Below are positions 8,001 to 11,113 of a stretch of 11,113 nt of DNA, in pieces. The stretch lies in assembly GCA_046757025.1 (NCBI GenBank), contig JBHHXN010000171.1, positions 1 through 11,113 of the forward strand, given 5' to 3'. This stretch comes from a bacterium. GTDB lineage: Bacteria; Zhuqueibacterota; Zhuqueibacteria; Oceanimicrobiales; Oceanimicrobiaceae. The position numbers and the translations under genes were made by a program. Under the pieces are notes generated by a model. It was not told the origin of the DNA. It did no database searches and saw only the letters and a list, made by a program, of their open reading frames with translations. The first letter of the stretch is position 1; each line of letters starts with the position of its first letter.

Positions 8001-8236
8001 CGTCCACCACAATTCAGTTTGACCTGCCGCGACAATCCGGGGTCACGCTGAGCATTTACAACCTCAAAGGGCAGTTGGTGCGCACTTTGGTTGACGGGAA
8101 ATTCACCGCCGGCAGCCACAAAGTGGTTTGGGATGGCCGGGATGAGCGGGCAAAGCTGGTTCCAAGCGGATTGTATATAAGCCAATTGACCGCGGGTGCA
8201 TTTGTTAAACAGCTCAAGATGCTGTTGATCAAATAA
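5054..8236 (+). CDS. Large secreted mosaic protein: YCF48/BNR (Asp-box) beta-propeller + right-handed beta-helix + T9SS/FlgD-type CTD
   Basis: GAGGA SD; long signal peptide ...YDVFA|Q53. Seven BNR-like repeats (KTTDGGENW, TTSAGMNW, KTTDWGTTW, RTENGGADW, HSISAGMTW, RTKDGGITW, YTRTGG) in ~5210-6076. Beta-helix cap IFVDNS...NPFDNLADAL, then G/N/I-rich coils. CTD FRLEQNYPNPFNPST...WDGRD...KMLLIK. Confidence 0.88.
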   Translation: MSTAKRIISKNWIASTTNPEQKTNVSFLHYVVFTCVYLVLISPVFWTYDVFAQYEGWVQKGPSTIFIIEDQAITGIGTQIAVGESGHVMKTTDGGENWTNLVSGTTTDLHAISIPVGDIGYVVGNLGKIICTTSAGMNWFDLNSGTAKNLYGVFFTDDSTGTAVGENGTIIKTTDWGTTWNPQNSGINKILYDVYAIDQQKAVAVGEGGIILRTENGGADWSQQVSGTTEDLMAVDGHGDNKLIVSGNKGVILHSISAGMTWTPRVSGTLVHLPDVILLDEPFAAVIGHDGTILRTKDGGITWVPQESGTTENLLSVAFYDKNHGSAAGENGTVLYTRTGGKTLPIIFVDNSKPNGNGRFTNPFDNLADALNAADSTRAVWVSKGSGVYAGGMTLKERQTVLGQGVDLKYGNEILIPAATAPIITNQNGDGVRLGKKTMLEGFQIDNCNGAGIFVGPDVVDTVLVANTTITRGKRGIEIDGSSGKLIFSNVDIVNTDGPSFRLLDSGGLGTNSADVTFTGQITQSTSAATVEIQDHRGTVNFTAGSTINASNGNGLQFNNADGKYSFIGLSVLNKGHGRIEIIGGSSGTFTFDDLTITDSRDVGIRIDGSDGVFEFGKVSISNTDSAAVSIRNSSADVTFKKLDIDSALVGVKIDSLAGKFAITGDGTLGSGGRIQDMIKSGMTLNNVGIAALKDMFYQNFGGNAIETLTVENLELENISVTGAQNGIYIDNKTRKPGTIIINGGSINDTVNDGLFVRNMNLFADGVIFADSKSIRGDAMDYDFKGATEAIVENCKFKEVNINSLLIELSENPGLVDSSETNILSNHKNSNMKAGSATLLIDNNIMTAQGPEAIKVQVGGVATANSVEITNNTVIADSGNGIVIQTTDSSSALVTFANNDVSAAANDFVLVQDSSSTFQLAGFAGGDAAAVAAFIQDNNVGTPSVAVNGSISADPTTSVEESDPAVIPSAFRLEQNYPNPFNPSTTIQFDLPRQSGVTLSIYNLKGQLVRTLVDGKFTAGSHKVVWDGRDERAKLVPSGLYISQLTAGAFVKQLKMLLIK

Positions 8237-8292
8237 CCGCACATCAGATTCTAAGATACTATCGAGGTCTTTCATTCAAAGAGGAGGTTTCC

Positions 8293-9801
8293 GTGGGAAA
8301 AATAAACGTTTCTTTTCACCTGATGAGTCTTCTCATCATAGGATGTCTGGGAAGCTCACTCCTGGCTCAAACGCGTCGTATGCAAGTCAGCCCGGACGTG
8401 CCACGTGTGCTCGATTATCAGGGCATCCTGACCAACCCCGATGGCGAACCTTACAACGGCGCCTTCAATCTTACTTTTACCATTATCAACACAAAGAACG
8501 ATTCGGTGCTATTTACAGAAACCGTGCAGAATCTCGAAGTGACGGATGGACTGGTGCACCACCTCGTTGGCAGTGTTGCCGGAGACCTTGACCCGTTCAT
8601 CTTTCAGAAAGCCACGGCACTGCGGATAAACGTGAACGGCGAGACCCTCTCCCCTGATGTGGTTATTGCGCCCGCACCCGTGGCTTTGGTGGCGCTCTAT
8701 GCCGATTCACTGACGTCGCCTTTGCCACAAGGCTCATTCACCAACGGACTGAGAGTATCCAGTAGTGACACGGCCATCGTCGCATACAGTGCCGCCGGCC
8801 CGGCCATCGTCGGGATTCAAGGCGAGTGGAGCGGAGGCCAGAGCCACATTGAAGGCGGCTCAAACCTTGCGAAGGTAGTTACAGACAATGAGCCTTTCGG
8901 CGCTGTATACTTCAGTAATAGCGGCACCGGCGTTGGCGGCTTCAGCAACACTGGCACAGGTGTTTCTGGCAGCAGTGGCACCGGCACCGGCGTTTCTGGC
9001 GACAGCGGCACTGGCACCGGCATCGGTGGCACTAGCAGCAGTGGTAACGGTGTTTCTGGTGAAAGCTTTAGCGGTAATGGTGTGTATGGAAAAAGTACAA
9101 CTGGCCTGGCGGGCAAGTTCGATGGCAACGTGGAAATCAATGGTGATTTGAATATCAATGGCGGCAAAATCAGAACCGACAGCGACGGCGAGATTTATGC
9201 GCATAGCTTTCATACAGTAAACGATGCTGGCGTCACCACTTCCGGTATCGATACCGATGGCAAGGCAAACTTGAAGTCTGTCACCTCTCCGGAGGGGTTG
9301 ACCGTTCCTGCCGATGGCGGCGGGGAAAATTGGTATTGCAATACCGGGATATTCCTTACGGACAAAGGCAGTTGGAACAGCACGACGGGCGATTTTCACA
9401 CCAATGGGAATTTTGGTGTAAACGGCACCAAGAACGCTGTGGTACTCACCATCAGTTATGGCACACGCAAACTCTATGCAGACGAATCCGCTGAGGTCAG
9501 CTTTTTCGACCGGGGCCGGGGACAACTGGTCAACGGCGAAGTCAGCATCGAGCTCGATCCCATGTTTCTCGAAACCGTCACCATTGACAATGAACATCCC
9601 ATGCTGGTGCAGGTCACCCTCACCGCAGACTGCAATGGGGTGTTTGTCTCAAATCAGACGGCAACGAGCTTCACGGTAAAGGAACTCATGGGCGGCAAAT
9701 CCAGCGCCACTTTCAACTGGGAAGTGGCTGCCAAACGCAAAGGTTACGAGTCCGTGCGCATGGAAGAATTTGAATCTTTAACCACAGCGAACAGGAGGTG
9801 A
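8293..9801 (+). CDS. Secreted trimeric fibre/adhesin-like protein (YQG N-terminal domain, Gly-rich repeats, phage tail-fibre-like C-terminal domain); no T9SS CTD
   Basis: GAGGAGG SD (8281-8287) with GTG start; signal peptide ...SSLLA|Q. N-domain VPRVLDYQGILTNPDG...LTFTI...VNGE.L.P...APVAL. Six 10-aa GxGVxG repeats, then a GKFDGNVEINGDL stalk motif. C-domain GTKNAV...YGTRKLYA.ES.E..F.D.G...LDP.FLETV...F.WEV.AKRKGYE. Confidence 0.75.
   Translation: MGKINVSFHLMSLLIIGCLGSSLLAQTRRMQVSPDVPRVLDYQGILTNPDGEPYNGAFNLTFTIINTKNDSVLFTETVQNLEVTDGLVHHLVGSVAGDLDPFIFQKATALRINVNGETLSPDVVIAPAPVALVALYADSLTSPLPQGSFTNGLRVSSSDTAIVAYSAAGPAIVGIQGEWSGGQSHIEGGSNLAKVVTDNEPFGAVYFSNSGTGVGGFSNTGTGVSGSSGTGTGVSGDSGTGTGIGGTSSSGNGVSGESFSGNGVYGKSTTGLAGKFDGNVEINGDLNINGGKIRTDSDGEIYAHSFHTVNDAGVTTSGIDTDGKANLKSVTSPEGLTVPADGGGENWYCNTGIFLTDKGSWNSTTGDFHTNGNFGVNGTKNAVVLTISYGTRKLYADESAEVSFFDRGRGQLVNGEVSIELDPMFLETVTIDNEHPMLVQVTLTADCNGVFVSNQTATSFTVKELMGGKSSATFNWEVAAKRKGYESVRMEEFESLTTANRR
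8914..9093 (+). repeat. Six tandem 30-bp / 10-aa repeats (S-x-x-G-[TN]-G-[VI]-x-G-x) in the fibre gene
   Basis: SNSGTGVGGF, SNTGTGVSGS, SGTGTGVSGD, SGTGTGIGGT, SSSGNGVSGE, SFSGNGVYGK. DNA units recur, e.g. GGCACCGGCGTT and GTTTCTGG. Confidence 0.9.
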
Positions 9802-9806
9802 AGATC

Positions 9807-10376
9807 GTGCCTATCCGACAAAACTTTTCGACCAGAATTATATTGATGTTACTTTTTGCATTGAGCGTTGGCTCGCATCGATTATATAGCCAAGCAAGTT
9901 TAAATTATCAAATTAAGGCTTCTACCATCAGCAGCGGGGCAGAACAAAAACAAACAACCGCAAGCTGGCAAGCCACGAGTTCAGTGGGCCAATGCACTTC
10001 CAGTCCGCAGTTAAAAGGCACGCAATATTTCATGCAATCCGGATTTAACCCTATTGTCAAGGGACTGCAGATGGTCGTCACAGTCAATACCCCAGAAGCG
10101 GAAACAAAACCGACGGTCTATCGCATGTACCAGAATTATCCCAATCCATTCAATCCGACCACGACCATTCAATTCGATCTGCCAAATCGATCAAAGGTAA
10201 CCCTCAAGATTTATAACGTATTGGGAGCCGAAGTGGCCACATTAATTGACAAAGAGATGGATGCTGGAGAATACAAGTTTGATTTTGATGCCCACGGTTT
10301 CCCCAGTGGGGTGTTTTTTTTTCGGATTCAGGCCGAGGGATTTGTAAAATCGAGGAAACTTTTGCTATTAAAATGA
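9807..10376 (+). CDS. Small T9SS-CTD protein (signal peptide + ~60-aa Ser/Thr/Gln-rich segment + CTD), putative adaptor for the upstream fibre; start reassigned to GTG 9807
   Basis: AGGAGG (9793-9798), formed by the fibre's last codons, overlaps GTG 9798 but is 8 nt from the in-frame GTG 9807. Signal peptide ...HRLYS|Q. CTD YQNYPNPFNPTT...SGVFFFRI...KLLLLK. Confidence 0.82.
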   Translation: MPIRQNFSTRIILMLLFALSVGSHRLYSQASLNYQIKASTISSGAEQKQTTASWQATSSVGQCTSSPQLKGTQYFMQSGFNPIVKGLQMVVTVNTPEAETKPTVYRMYQNYPNPFNPTTTIQFDLPNRSKVTLKIYNVLGAEVATLIDKEMDAGEYKFDFDAHGFPSGVFFFRIQAEGFVKSRKLLLLK

Positions 10377-10389
10377 AAGGAAAAATTTC

Positions 10390-11073
10390 ATGAGAAAAAT
10401 AACTGCTTGTTTAATTGCGCTCTCTACAATCATTGTTTTTAACTGCAAAAATGCCAAATCCGGAAACAGTGCTTCGTCAAACCTGAAGCGCTATGGCCTG
10501 AAAGAGGGTTACATCCAGTATTCCATCAAAGGCGACATGATGAGTGGCACCCAGGAAATCTGCTTCGACCGTTACGGTGCCAGAGAGGTGGAGATTAAAA
10601 ATATGGAAGTAAAAATTATGGGCATGAGTCAGAAAACCAAAACCGCCACGTACACCGATTTTAGTGAAGGTGGTACAATTTATACTGTGGACTATTCAAC
10701 CGATCCGCCGACCGGCACCAAAACCGTCAACCCGATGATCAAGTCGTTCGAAGGCAAAGACTTGCAGGAAGTCGGTAAGGATATGCTGGTGCAGATGGGT
10801 GGCAGGATAATCGGTAAAGGGAAAGTGCTTGGCAAGGAATGTGATATTTGGGAAGTCAAAAATATGGGCACAAAAGTCTGGGTCTGGAATTGGATAACCC
10901 TGAAGACCGAGATCCTGATGGGTATGAAAATGATAATTGAAGCCACGAAAATTTTGGAGAAATGTGACAAAAAGAAGCTGGTGAAGCCAAATATCAAGTA
11001 TAAAGACATGAGCAATGTGATGAAAAGTATGAAAGGTCTGGACGCTTTGAAAAAGCGATTCCAGAAAAAATGA
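10390..11073 (+). CDS. Lipoprotein of unknown function (beta-rich, possibly DUF4412/LolA-like fold)
   Basis: AAAGGA SD; lipoprotein signal MRKITACLIALSTIIVFN-C19. Motifs KRY..K.G.I.Y, FDRYGARE and G...VLGKEC..W...WVW..ITLK. The fold assignment is inference. Confidence 0.7.
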   Translation: MRKITACLIALSTIIVFNCKNAKSGNSASSNLKRYGLKEGYIQYSIKGDMMSGTQEICFDRYGAREVEIKNMEVKIMGMSQKTKTATYTDFSEGGTIYTVDYSTDPPTGTKTVNPMIKSFEGKDLQEVGKDMLVQMGGRIIGKGKVLGKECDIWEVKNMGTKVWVWNWITLKTEILMGMKMIIEATKILEKCDKKKLVKPNIKYKDMSNVMKSMKGLDALKKRFQKK

Positions 11074-11113
11074 TTTCAACGTCTCATCCCAAGTTTTTTT
11101 TTCAGGATGACTA

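Noticed and set aside
8914..9093. 30-bp periodic repeats as a CRISPR array
   Set aside because: In-frame coding repeats that vary at wobble positions, with no unique spacers and no cas genes.
8860..9597. 245-aa minus-strand ORF and the other short overlapping ORFs in the track
   Set aside because: Antisense or alternate-frame shadows of well-supported genes, with no domain signatures.
10314..10322. T9 run in the partner CTD (also T8 at 5511-5518 and G6 at 6071-6076) as phase-variation tracts
   Set aside because: Short, in frame, and explained by Phe/Gly codons; no evidence of slippage from a single sequence.
11081..11113. TCATCC/GGATGA hairpin around a T9 run as the operon terminator
   Set aside because: The T-run is inside the loop rather than after the stem, the stem is only 6 bp, and the window ends here. 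It may be a degenerate REP end.

Overview
Accessory surface-protein locus from an FCB-superphylum bacterium. The NYPNPFNP-type C-terminal sorting domains and clear Shine-Dalgarno use suggest a KSB1/Calditrichota/Ignavibacteriota-like host (inference). Left part: a GAF-AAA+-HTH sigma54 enhancer-binding protein (154-1677) and a convergent MNT-HEPN toxin-antitoxin-like pair (1693-2401, minus). These are followed by a perfect 16-bp inverted repeat made of two 22-bp-spaced palindromic boxes (2580-2613), a sigma54-like -24/-12 promoter (2729-2745), a stand-alone pseudo-receiver gene, and a ~140-nt structured element with a C-rich anti-SD-like loop (3359-3498). Right part: five co-oriented exported-protein genes, namely two T9SS-type CTD cargo proteins (one a BNR beta-propeller/beta-helix mosaic), a Gly-repeat trimeric-fibre-like protein with no CTD, a translationally coupled tiny protein (signal peptide + three 20-aa pseudo-repeats + CTD), and a lipoprotein. 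Several GTCATT...AATGAC REP-like palindromes lie in the spacers. Most interesting hypothesis: the tiny CTD protein supplies the secretion/anchoring signal in trans to the CTD-less fibre, possibly within a sigma54-controlled operon.
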